NCBI GenBank assembly: GCA_040954595.2
Contig: CM082585.2
Coordinates: forward strand, 2,758,902 to 2,822,901
Reading direction: 5' to 3'
Source: Balanoglossus misakiensis
Lineage: Eukaryota > Animalia > Hemichordata
Length of the DNA stretch: 64,000 nt
The position numbers and the translations under genes were made by a program. Each line of letters opens with the position of its first letter. Within the stretch, counting starts at the first letter, position 1. Positions 1-11,584 of the stretch are shown here, one piece after another. The notes below the pieces were generated by a model that saw only the letters and a program-made list of their open reading frames with translations, had not been told where the DNA came from and did no database searches.

Positions 1-10
1 CTTAACAGCA

Positions 11-3000
11 ATGAATGGAACTGATATTCCATATAGCGGATGGGTAGAAGTTGACTTCCAGCTGATCAGCAATGGTGAAAATCAAAGACAGTTGAAAGTA
101 CTAGTGTTGGTAAGCCGGGGACAACCAACAGAGACTGACTACCCAATTATTGGTTATAATGTAATTGAAGAAGTTTGTAGAGATTACAGCACTGGGGTAC
201 CTGGACAAATTCCAAATACTGCACTCATTAATGTCATTACGGCAGCACTGCCTACTATTCCAGAGAAGGATGTAAAAGCAGTCGTGAATTTAATTCAGAA
301 CAACAGTGAAGATGATCATCATTATCTGGTGAAGGTTGGACGAAGTGGTGTTAGAATTCCGGCTGGAGGGACGGTTGAGGTGAAGTGTTCAGTGCATACG
401 GGACCAATCACAGAAGAAAGACCAGTAGTATTTGAACCGAATGTGGAACATACCTGGCCTGATGGATTGGAGGTGTTAGAACAACTCACCAAGCTTTCCA
501 GAGGATCATCACATCGTGTGACCATTCCTGTACACAACACAACAAAACATGACCTTGTCCTCAGAAATAGGACAGTGTTAGGGACAATTCAAATGGTCCG
601 GTCATTCACCCCACTGGAAGTCCGTGAAGTGGAGAAACAAGCTGAGGTGAACAGTCTTCATTCAGAAATGACTTCAAAGCCCCGGGGGGATGAAAATAAA
701 ATGCCAGCACCTGAAGAAACGTGGGAACCACCTGTTGATCTGAGCAGCTTGACTGAGTCACAGCAAAAGGTAGTTCGACAAATGCTGAGAGATGAAGCCG
801 GAGCTTTTGCCAAGACTGATACCGATATTGGGTGCATTGACGACTTGAAGTTGCGGATTGATCTAACAGATCAGGAGCCAGTGCAGAGAAGTTACAGATC
901 AATACCCAGCCCACTTTACCAAGAAGTAAAGGAATATCTGGAGGATTTGATTGACCAAGGCTGGATAACCAAGTCAAAGTCATCATATTCATCGCCAGTG
1001 GTATGTGTCAGAAAGAAAGATGGAAGTCTAAGACTTTGTATAGACTACAGGGAACTTAATAAGAAGACCAAGCCAGACCGACAACCCATACCACGTATCC
1101 AAGATATTCTTGATGGGCTGGGAGGAAATACTTGGTTTTCTGTACTGGATCAAGGCAAAGCATACCACCAAGGGTTTATGTCGGAAGAAAGTAAACCACT
1201 GACTGCATTTGTCACACCATGGGGACTGTATGAATGGGTGAGGATCCCGTTTGGCCTGACTAATGCCCCACCTGCATTCCAACGACACATGGAAGAATGC
1301 CTAGATGGACTGAGTTATGTAATTTGCATACCATACCTGGATGACATCCTTATATACAGCAAGACATTTGAAGAGCATGTTGAAAACATCAGGAAAGTAC
1401 TAAAACGACTGCAGCAGCACGGCATCAAGCTAAAACCCAAGAAATGTGACCTATTCAAGAGAAAAGTGCGCTATTTGGGAAAAATAGTCTCAGCAGATGG
1501 GTACAGGGTGGATCCAGCTGACACAGCTGCAGTAGTTGCCTTGAAAGAGAGGAAGCCAACCAACGTCGGTGAACTCCGGAAGTTGTTAGGTTTCCTTGGT
1601 TACTACCGACAATACATCAAAGATTTCTCAAGAATTGCAAGACCACTGTATGACTTAATGACATCATCCACGGCCAGTATTGAAAATACAGCAAAGAAGA
1701 AATCGAAATCAGTAAAGAAGCAGAAGACTATGACAGGACAAGTACATTCACGTCAACCAATTACATGGACAGATGACCACCAGGAGATTGTCGACCAATT
1801 GATTGAACATCTCATAAAGGCACCAGTAATGGCTTATCCAGACTACAGTCAACCACTTATACTCCATACAGATGCCTCACATGACGGCTTGGGAGCAGTC
1901 CTTTATCAATATCAAGATGATAAACTGAGGGTTATTGGTTATGGATCAAGAACTCTGACACCGGCTGAGAAGAACTACCACCTTCATTCTGGCAAATTGG
2001 AGTTCTTAGCACTGAAGTGGGCTGTAACAGAGAAGTTTCGAGATTACCTGTCCTATGTACCGTCTTTCACCGTTTATACTGACAATAACCCCCTGACATA
2101 TGTTCTTACAACAGCAAAGCTGAATGCCACGGGACATCGATGGGTTGCAGAACTAGCTGATTTCAACTTCACCATCAAGTATCGACCCGGAAAAATCAAC
2201 ATTGATGCTGATGTACTATCTAGGCTACCACTTGATGTAGAGAAATTCATGGATGAATGCAGTGAAGAATATTCAAAGGATGTAATTGAAGCAACGGTCA
2301 ACTCAGCAAATGCAATGGAGGTTGGTAAAGCAACATGGCTGACAGCAGTGACAACAAACCCAACTGTCTTGGATGAAAACATAGGCATTTTCAGTCCAGC
2401 AGTACAGCCAGTCCAGTCATTCAGCACTGAAGAAATAAGAAAAGCCCAACAAGAGGATCCTGCTATAAGCCGACTGATGGCATATCGTAACCATGGACGC
2501 CGTCCAACCCGTGAAGAAAGACGTGGTGAATCACATGAAACCACAGTGTTAATACGTGAGTGGCATTATCTGGTAATTGGCGAAGATGAGGTGTTGCGGA
2601 GAAAGACAACAAGATCCCAGCTGATCCTGCCAATGAAGTACAGACAACTAGTCTACAAAGAACTTCATGAAGAAATGGGTCATCTTGGAGTAGAAAGGGT
2701 AGTCACCCTAGCAAGAGATCGGTTCTACTGGCCTCATATGCAACGTGACATCGAACAGTACATCACCAAACAGTGCGTGTGCATCAAACAAAAGCGACCC
2801 AACTTCAACACCAGGGCTCCACTCACCAACATAGTCACTACATCACCCTTTGAATTGGTATCAATCGACTTCCTTCATCTGGAGAAGAGTAGTGGTGGTT
2901 ATGAGTACATCCTAGTAATCATCGACCATTTCACCCGATTTGCACAAGCCTATCCTACCAGAAATAAGTCTGGAAAAACAGTGGCTGACAAGATCTTCAA

Positions 3001-4519
3001 TGACTTCATACCACGCTTTGGGTTTCCAGCCAGAATCCACCATGACCAGGGAGGAGAGTTTGAAAATCACATGTTCAGGCGTCTACAGCAGCTAGGTGGT
3101 ATCAACGCATCAAGGACAACACCGTACCACCCCCAGGGCAATGGATCGTGTTAGCGAATGAACAGGACGCTTCTAGCCATGCTGAGAACACTTCCGGAAA
3201 AAGAAAAATCTAACTGGAAAGACCATGTCAACAAAGTAGTACATGCTTTCAACTGTACCCGGAATGAAGCCACTGGTTACTCACCATTCTATCTACTGTT
3301 TGGGAGGACACCGAGACTGCCAATTGACATCCTGTTCGACCTACATCCAAAGTCACAGCCATGCAGTTATCAAAACTATGTGGACAAGTGGCAGAAGGGA
3401 ATGAAGGAGGCATATGACCTGGTAGCGGAAAGTGCTAAAAAGTCAGCTGCAAGAGGGAAGGTGTATTATGACCAGAAACAACGCAGTACTGTACTTCTAC
3501 CAGGGGACAGAGTATTGGTCAGAAACTTGACAGAACGTGGTGGACCAGGTAAACTACGGTCCTATTGGGAACAGAAAATCCATGTTGTAACACGTAGGAA
3601 GGGCGAAGACAGTCCAGTGTATGAAATTAAGCCAGAACGAGGTGAGGGGCGAAAACGTGTACTACACCGAAATCTCTTACTGCCTTGTGATGACCTACCA
3701 ATGGAGGCGGAATCAACACCAGCAATCACTCCAGTCATTACACCAAGAAATACTAGGAAGAGAAATAAAACACCACTGACTGAACCTGACTGTGACCCTG
3801 ACCTACAAGATGATGAGTCGTCAAGTGATGATGAAGATGGTTATTTCTATAGACCAATCATCCAGAGACAATGGACTGAAGACAGGCAGCACCAGCGGAG
3901 ACACAATCAACAAGTGGGTGCTGAGAAAAGTTCATTGAACCCACTGGCGGAACAGTTTGAAGCAAGAAATACACCATCATCACCAGAAACTGACATTACA
4001 CCAGTTTCTGAACTGATTCCTGATATCGAACTGATTCATGACACCAATAGTGAGACAGCAGAAGATGTGTCAACCACCACACCTGTACCAGGGGATATAG
4101 TACCTGAAAATGATGTGGCTGCGGCTGATGACACGTCTGCAGAAGCGGCTGATGACACATCTGCAGAAGCGGCTGATGACATATCTGCAGAAGAAAATGT
4201 GGAAATTGCTGAACAGCTACAACCACCTGAAGGATTACCTGACAACGCAGAGATGGAAGCACAACCACGAAGGTATCCTACCAGGGACAGACATCCACCA
4301 GCAACCCTGACATACACTTTACCAGGACAGTCAGAGTATCAACACATCAACCCAGTAATCAACGCAGCAATGGTAGCTCCAATACTGCAAACACCTACTC
4401 ATCCAGTACCATTGTGGAATACACCATATGTACCACTGCAACCTGTGATGTACCCACTGCCAGCAACGTTTTGGAATAATCAACAGTATATGCAACAACA
4501 GCGTGGAGTAATGTGTTAA
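11..4519 (+). pseudogene. pol: Gypsy pol polyprotein (RT, RNase H, integrase, low-complexity C-terminal tail) interrupted by one in-frame TAG at 3152-3154
   Basis: RT motifs [21 protein letters not shown]; RNase H TDAS...LEFLAL...TDN; integrase HHCC (HEEMGH..CVC) and D,D (SIDF, HDQG). ORFs 11-3154 and 3158-4519 are in frame: [15 protein letters not shown], with the stop at the position of the catalytic E. Confidence 0.93.
4118..4192 (+). repeat. 24-bp coding repeat x3 (AADDTSAE) in the pol C-terminal tail
   Basis: gcggctgatgacacgtctgcagaa repeated three times with minor changes. Confidence 0.85.
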
Positions 4520-5390
4520 TCTGCAGAGAAAATAGACAATGAACTGTTAACAATGAAGACTCTATTATTGTGAAACAGGACTGTATAGCTGTACTGCCGA
4601 TACAATGAACTCCTAGTATGAAACTGAACTCTGTTGTTATTCCATGGAACTGTATACATTTAACTGACAATGTTAACTCTGAACTTTTGAGTGAATCTGC
4701 GTAGTAACGGTATTGTGATACCAGCTGAGCAAGGACTGACCAGATGCTAGCAAGGACCAGGAGTTTGAAAGCTGCAACCAGTGTGGGGAAAGGTGATAGC
4801 TGAGAACCGGATACCAGAACTGAGGCAGAATGCAATCTCCGACCGAGGCAATCTACGTTTGTGAGGAGTGACTCTTGAAAAATAGACAATTGTCGCCGCC
4901 AAGAACTGATGTAGAATTGCATGTTGTTTCGCTCACGCTGATATCTTAAGAAGTTTCAATTGTTTATTGTGTAGTGTAAATTATCACTGAAAACAGCCAT
5001 TTCAATGTTTGACAAGATTTTGAATCTTCTGACTATTAAGTATTCTGATGGCCACAGATCTTAATTAGTCACCCATACAGTATATGAAAGGGAAATTGTA
5101 TCTGTGTGGCCAAGGAAAATTATCCTATGAAATGAGCTGTATTTGAAACCCAGCAATTACAATTGATCCAAAATACATGATGACCTGAATTGAACCCTTG
5201 AACTTTGAACTCTGACAATACTGAACAATGAACACTGAACTCAGAACTGAATATAAACTTGCGTGTTTTGATATATTACTTGCATGTTTTGATTAGTACT
5301 AAAATGTTTTTTTTTTAGAATGCATGAATTGATTTTTTTAGCTTCTGATAGGGAAATGTCTGGGACGACATTTATTTTACAGGGGGAGAG

Positions 5391-6007
5391 TGTAGGGTAT
5401 ACAATTGATACACAAAATTCAATTTCAGTAAAGTCCTGCCCCACACCAACGAAATCTACTTGGTAACATAAATGTTGACATTATAGTCGTAAAGCCTTGA
5501 GAATGACTTGACTTAATGACTTCCATCTGAACACACACAGAGCATAGTCTCAAAGTTTGACAGAGTTTTATGAGTGACCAAAACAAACTTGCTCCATTGG
5601 GAAACACTGGAATTTGGGCAAGTCTGGAATTTTGCAGGGTTTTAGGAAATGTCCATCATTGACTATCTGTTTGATCTTAAGCTAAATTAATTGATTTGTA
5701 ATGAGCAAGAATCCTTATATGTAGTTAGAGGAGGTATACCACTATCTGTATTTGGCAAAGAGGTGGCGACAATTATTATAATTGTAGCATGCCGGTTAGT
5801 TTGAGAAGCACATGGAAAACCGGAGTGCAGTGTGCGGTTTGGTTAATGTCAGATGTGTGGTCTAGTGCCTCTGTGTGCATGAACTGACAGTAAACTTGTT
5901 GTGTTAGAGTCTTAAACTCCTTGGAAGTTAGGGTACTTCAATAAACCAAAGGAACCATTCATATATACAACTACGCTCGTCTGGATTGTCTATTGAAGAG
6001 TGTAACA
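5391..6007 (+). repeat. 3' LTR of Gypsy element 1 (~617 bp)
   Basis: Starts TGTAGG directly after the PPT, has AATAAA near 5940, ends ...TGTAACA where the host element's RT codons resume; right end uncertain by about 2 bp. Confidence 0.8.
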
Positions 6008-6655
6008 CATGGTCAGACAAAGCCCATACTTGCTAAAGTTGAAGCAGTTCTAGATTTTCCAACACCAGGAAATAAGAAAGCGTTGATGAGATTTCTCGGC
6101 ATGGCTGGTTATTATCGACGCTACTGTCGAAATTTTGCAACCATTGCCGAGCCATTGACCAACTTACTGCGTAAGGATAACAAATTTATTTGGTCAGAAG
6201 ATTGCCAGTCTGCATTTAACAAAATTAAAGCAGTACTTTCTCACTCTCCAGTTCTTGCAATCCCAGAATTTGACAAGCAGTTTAAATTGTGTGTGGATGC
6301 TAGTGATGTTGCTGTTGGTGCAGTTTTGACGCAACAGAACGCAGATGGTGTTGACCACCCAATTGGTTATTTCTCCAAGAAACTTAATGTACACCAGAGA
6401 AAGTATTCGACAATTGAAAAGGAATGTTTGGCTGTATTGCTAGCTTTACAACATTTCGATGTATATTTAAGTTCCACAGTGCATCCAATCCTTGTATTCA
6501 CTGATCATAATCCATTGACCTTCATCCACAAAATGAAGAATAGGAATCAAAGATTAATGAGATGGAGTTTAACACTCCAAGAATATGATTTGGCAATAGC
6601 CCACATAAAAGGTAAAGACAATGTAATTGCAGATGCATTGTCGAGAGGATTTTGA
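6008..6655 (+). pseudogene. pol: C-terminal pol fragment (end of RT plus RNase H) of element 2
   Basis: FLGMAGYYRRY, VDASDVAVGAVL, YSTIEKECLA, TDHNPL, IADALSR* motifs; N-terminus cut by element 1 LTR. Confidence 0.9.
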
Positions 6656-6746
6656 ACACATGCATGTAACTACATGTACTTTGTGATATTCAACTTTGTA
6701 TTTTTTGAAGTTTTCATTGTATTCAAACTTTTTCCAAAGGGGGAGG

Positions 6747-7264
6747 TGTTACGACACACCCTGTTTAGTTGCTTGGTCGAGAGAGGGGTAGCTTTTCTTT
6801 GCATAACAAAGGGCCCTGCCTTTTGAAGTAGTTCATTTAAATATTGGTAATAACCAGATGGTCACCCATATGAAAGGCCTTCTCACCAAAACCACGAGGC
6901 ACACTTCTCAACACGGACTCGGAGGAGCACGTAGCTGTCGTAGCTCCAGCCACATCGCCTTGGGAATTAGGAATTTACCTAGCTGAGCTGGATTCTGTGA
7001 GCAACCGACTTCATGAGCAACGGATTTTGTGTGAGCAACTGGCTTCTGTGAATGACGGACTTGGTCAGCAACGGACTTCTGTGCCTTGAGTTCGGCCAGG
7101 ACTTTTGTGGACTCGGTAACTCCTCGACCAAGCAGGGTAAAAACACGCAGTGAACATTTTCTTTTGTGTGACCTTTTTATTTTAGAAGGCTAGTTGTTTA
7201 ATTAAATATTCTGTTGTTGAACCACATTCTCCATTGTGTGCTCCCGGTTTTTTCTACCGTAACA
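6747..7264 (+). repeat. 3' LTR of element 2 (518 bp)
   Basis: Perfect 7-bp terminal inverted repeat TGTTACG...CGTAACA after the PPT; ATTAAA near 7201; internal ~20-bp repeats (gagcaac.g.ctt) at ~6990-7085. Confidence 0.88.
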
Positions 7265-10200
7265 CTAGCAGTGTAAAAAAATTATTACAACAATCACTAG
7301 TGATTACTATTAGATCTCTGTACTCAATTATGAAGTCATGTCAAGCACAAAACAATGCAAAAGATAAAGTTCAAATGGGCTTTTAAATGCTATTAAACAT
7401 TAAAAAGCACTTTGTCAATTATGCCCTGTTAGTGCTGTTAGTGTCATTTCAAATTTACCTCCGTTTCTTTGATATCTCTATACCAAATCTTAAATCTTGA
7501 ATTCCACATGCAAATTAAAAACTGATAACTCACTAAATATTAAACCCCCTCATTCGACCATAATTTCACAGCTTTATATCTAGCTAATCTCTCGGAAAAT
7601 GTATTCTACTTTTTATACTGAGAATGGTCTTGGTACTTAAATCGAACTAGCTATCAATAAGATAACGGTATAACCAAAAACATCAACAATAAAACTCCAT
7701 TTTCCATAGAACACAAAATCATAAAAAATTTTGCACAAGCTTCCAAAAGTAACATATGGTAATACATAGTTTCACTTGATAATGGCCATTTTTTTTACAA
7801 ATGATATTCTCTGTTCATCAAATATATATTTAAAAAAAACAGCATCTATGCATCAAAATACAGTTTTCTTATTGTGTGTATGACCGGAAAAAAGACCCTC
7901 AAGAAGCATGTTTTTACCATTTTAAATTTGGCTTTTGAAAAAATTTAACATTTGAAAGATTAACAAACAATTTTGTCTGATATGTAGAGCACTTGTCAAA
8001 ACAGTTTAATTAATATAACACTTTGTAAAAACTGACTATTTTAATCCAAGTCTTTTTATGGGAACATAATTTTTAATCATTTAACAACAAAACCATTCAA
8101 AATATCAAGGCTTACTAGAAAATTGTCAAAAAGACTGGAAAAAAGATTTCTAAATAGCTACAGATTTAACAATTAGTTGAAAACACCTAACTCAGTGTAA
8201 GATGTATCATCAGCGGTATTGGTAACAGAAAATTCTGGTACCTCAGTCAATTAAAGAATAAAAATAATACTAATATGACCTTATTTGATATGACTTTTGA
8301 TTAAAAAAGGATAAATTATTTCAAATCAACTCCTAAGATTATCTTTAAATCTACCATTTTTGATAGTTTTCGCCTGATGTACAAATTGAACTGTTCGAAG
8401 TCGTTTGTTTTCTCCAATTTCTATCTAGATTTTCTTTGTACATAGCAAAAACGGAAAGAAGTCTATGATCAATCGCAAATCTTGATGACAATTGTACAGG
8501 ACAGATTGTAAAGTGTCATGTTTCTCATTTTAAAGATAATTTTGCCCGGATGTTAAACATACTAGTGTGAAAGTTTTGGTTTTTACCAACTTCTGTCCAC
8601 TTTTTCTTGATGAACAGAAAAAATGGAAAAAAAGCAATGAAAAGTTTTAATTTTTTATAACTTTTGTGTGCTACAGAATATGCAGTAATATTTTGGACAG
8701 TTATATTCATTTTATTTCTATTACTCAAATACACTAGCAAGAACATTAATATACAAAAGATCATGATTTCAATACCAAACAGTTCCATCATTTCCTCTCT
8801 AACAGAATTCTCAAAGCGCAAATGTTGTTTCACTTCACCAGAATCTATTCAGTCATATAAAAACTGCACTTGATAGACTGTACAAGACTGTCCTACTTGC
8901 TTCATCATGGATGCATACTCCAGACAGTGAAGGCGCTAAACATAAACATTCGGCACTGCAACCGCAGTTGAAGGATCAACAGAACGCTACATTGTTCGGA
9001 ATGTGAACGAAGGCACGATAGCAGCCATCACTTTGCTTCGTGAACATTACCTATTTCTATGTCCCGTTGAGGTAGTTTCCGTGAAATAACATTCAGAAGA
9101 ACACACACCAGACGACATATCTTAATACCTAATCATGGATGTATGCGAAGCATTCCAATGAAAGTGTCAAAAATAGAACTAAGATGGCTACTAATGTTTT
9201 GAAAACAAAAATAGAATATTATGCTAAGAAAAAAAAGACATTTCCGGTAACCCGACGTACTTCAAACCCCTGACCACTAACTTTCTTTTCGCTGCTGTCA
9301 ACTCAAAACGATATGTCGCTGGTTTCCGGATACATTTTTTTTAGAATCAGCTCACAGTTTTTAACTCTATTATTAACTCAGGTCGAATTGTGGACGATAA
9401 AGGGGAATTTCGATGACATCCAAACACAGTTTGCCAGGAATAAGACAACCAACTCGCGCGTGCTCACATGGCGCCTGCTACAACTCTCTCTTGATAACGC
9501 GATAAATGTTGCAAGTTGTGGCTGGCTGACTTCAGTGGGATGAGCGAATTTTGATTTCATTCCACAAAATAATGTGATTTTACATTACTTTTTGTCGGTC
9601 TTGGTCTATTCAAACATCATTTTTCGTGTATTTCTCGATCTTTGCCGTGAAGAGAAAAATTGTAGTGGGCGTCTCTCGGCACACGTTCTAAAATTATCTA
9701 TTCTCACATGTGAAAATACTCTGTCGTAATCTTCGCTCTGAGAACAATACAGCAATAGCGCAGTGGCATACAGGCGTTGCATGTATGATAAGCTCCTCTT
9801 CTCCAATCGCAAACATGTTTCCGTGGTGTAATTTATCGCATACTCCTTTGATTTAGAATAATATGAACAAAAAAATCTAATTCGCCTAACCTATTTCTGA
9901 ACCGCGTGTAACATAAAAAAACCTCCACTACAAACGAAACATAAATTTCAATATAAAACGACTAAAGCCATAATTTCTACAAGTTGTTGTTGTTGTCACC
10001 CTTTCTCACTGTTCGTTCAAATTCTCTAAAATGTGAAACTCATGCTTCCATTTCTGTATTCATTTAAATGTTGAAAGTAGTAGGCCTACTGGAAAATTTA
10101 CCGGACAAAAAGTAGACATTCATTAAAAGTCGTTTTCGAACAAGCTTTGTTTTTGTAACTAAAACTACAAAGTTATAGCTTTCGCGCAGTAAATCTGTCT

Positions 10201-11037
10201 TTGAATTGTTACTATTGAAGCCCAGTTCATTATCATAAAGTTTCGATTATAAGTTTAGTGTGAAATAAGATGTTTTTCGTTCTGCCTGCTGGTGTAGAAT
10301 CTACAAAGTCGGACTTATAATCACAGGATACATCAAATTTCAACGTTTTATTGCCGTTTTTGTACATAGTCTGGTGGTACAGTTTTGACCCAACGAACAC
10401 CGTGTTTATAAATTACAAACATTTTAACGATACATTTTGATACTTTTGTTTGATTAGCGGTTAAAAATTTCTATGGGCGGTATGTCTTCGACTTCCTTTA
10501 TTTTGTGTGTTTTGTTCCAAAAAACGTCAGTGTATGCGTATCGTGTTGCACAGGTGCCCGTACGGCGCCCGCTACGACGGCTCTGCGTAGTTTCATGAAA
10601 TCTTGAAAAATGATATCGAACATTTCATCAAATATTCAGCGGGAAAAATAATACCTATCAAACTTTACATTATACTATACATAACGATGGTAAAGATTTT
10701 TCAACACTAGTACAACGCCTCAACTTGCGTACGCATCTGCAAATGAAAAGTGACCAAAACACTGATTCTCGGTTAAAGTTTCAACACAATTAACGAGAAT
10801 ACTCTGCATGGTTCAGATCGAATACCTTATCATTCTAATAGGATCCTGCTCACCTAATTGTGTATGCATTTCGATTTTGAATTGTCATTGGCCCAGCTTC
10901 AAGCTTGCAACATTTTTGGAAACTACACTTGGACACACCCACTCCCTTGCTCACTTTTACGTTCGATCTCTTCTTTCCTATACCTGCCATTGGTTCGGAC
11001 TTTGCAGGCTCAGAATCCACTGAATATTCATGAGCAG

Positions 11038-11045
11038 TATATAAA
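11038..11045 (+). promoter_or_regulatory. Candidate TATA box of the OB-fold gene
   Basis: TATATAAA upstream of a putative non-coding exon 1 ending at donor CAA/GTGAGT (11239/11240); intron runs to acceptor ttgttcacag (11560). Confidence 0.5.
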
Positions 11046-11110
11046 CCCACCCTCGTGCTCTGGCGTGGGTCATTTTTAAGGAAACCTGCTAGGAGAAAAG
11101 TTTCTGTCCT

Positions 11111-11206
11111 GTGCGTCTCAGTGACGTATACTTGGAAAAAAGTGTCCGCCATCCAGAAGTGCGTCTCAGTGACGTGTACTGAACAAGTGTCCGACACCCA
11201 GAAGTG
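11111..11206 (+). repeat. Two ~46-48 bp tandem repeats, each with TGACGT, in the putative 5' UTR exon
   Basis: gtgcgtctcagtgacgt...aagtgtccg.ca.ccagaa twice. Confidence 0.75.
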
Positions 11207-11584
11207 CCTGTCGTCCACAAGGAATCATTAAATAAGCAAGTGAGTAAAGTTTTTTCCTATTTTTATAGTAATACTAAAAGGAATGCCTTTGCGTTATTGC
11301 GAAACCATGTCGCAGCATTTCATATTTTATTCAGGACAAGATTGCATGACAACCGTTTCACCAGTTTTGCCTGAATACGTTACCAGTCGGTATTATGATT
11401 TATTATCATAGACATATCAATGTGTACAAAAATCATTCGTCTAGCGTTCGACGCAATCATCATTAACACAATCACAGCTCTCAGGAGAAATTGTCTAACT
11501 TCGCTGCAACTGTCTACTGTTTTCATGAACTCATAAATACCATTATCCACTTGTTCACAGGTTGCATCAGATCCCAGTCTGAAA

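Larger units (their letters stand above)
1..6007 (+). mobile_element. Ty3/Gypsy LTR retrotransposon (element 1); 5' part lies outside the window
   Basis: pol with RT-RNaseH-integrase order, polypurine tract AGGGGGAGAG at 5381-5390, then a TG...CA LTR. Confidence 0.95.
6008..7264 (+). mobile_element. 3' part of a second Gypsy-group LTR retrotransposon (probably Gmr1-like), interrupted by element 1
   Basis: RT thumb/connection plus RNase H, stop codon, PPT AAAGGGGGAGG at ~6736-6746, then LTR. Confidence 0.9.

Noticed and set aside
2074-4922. Antisense ORFs over the Gypsy element
   Set aside because: Shadow frames of pol and its 3' UTR; no env-like features seen
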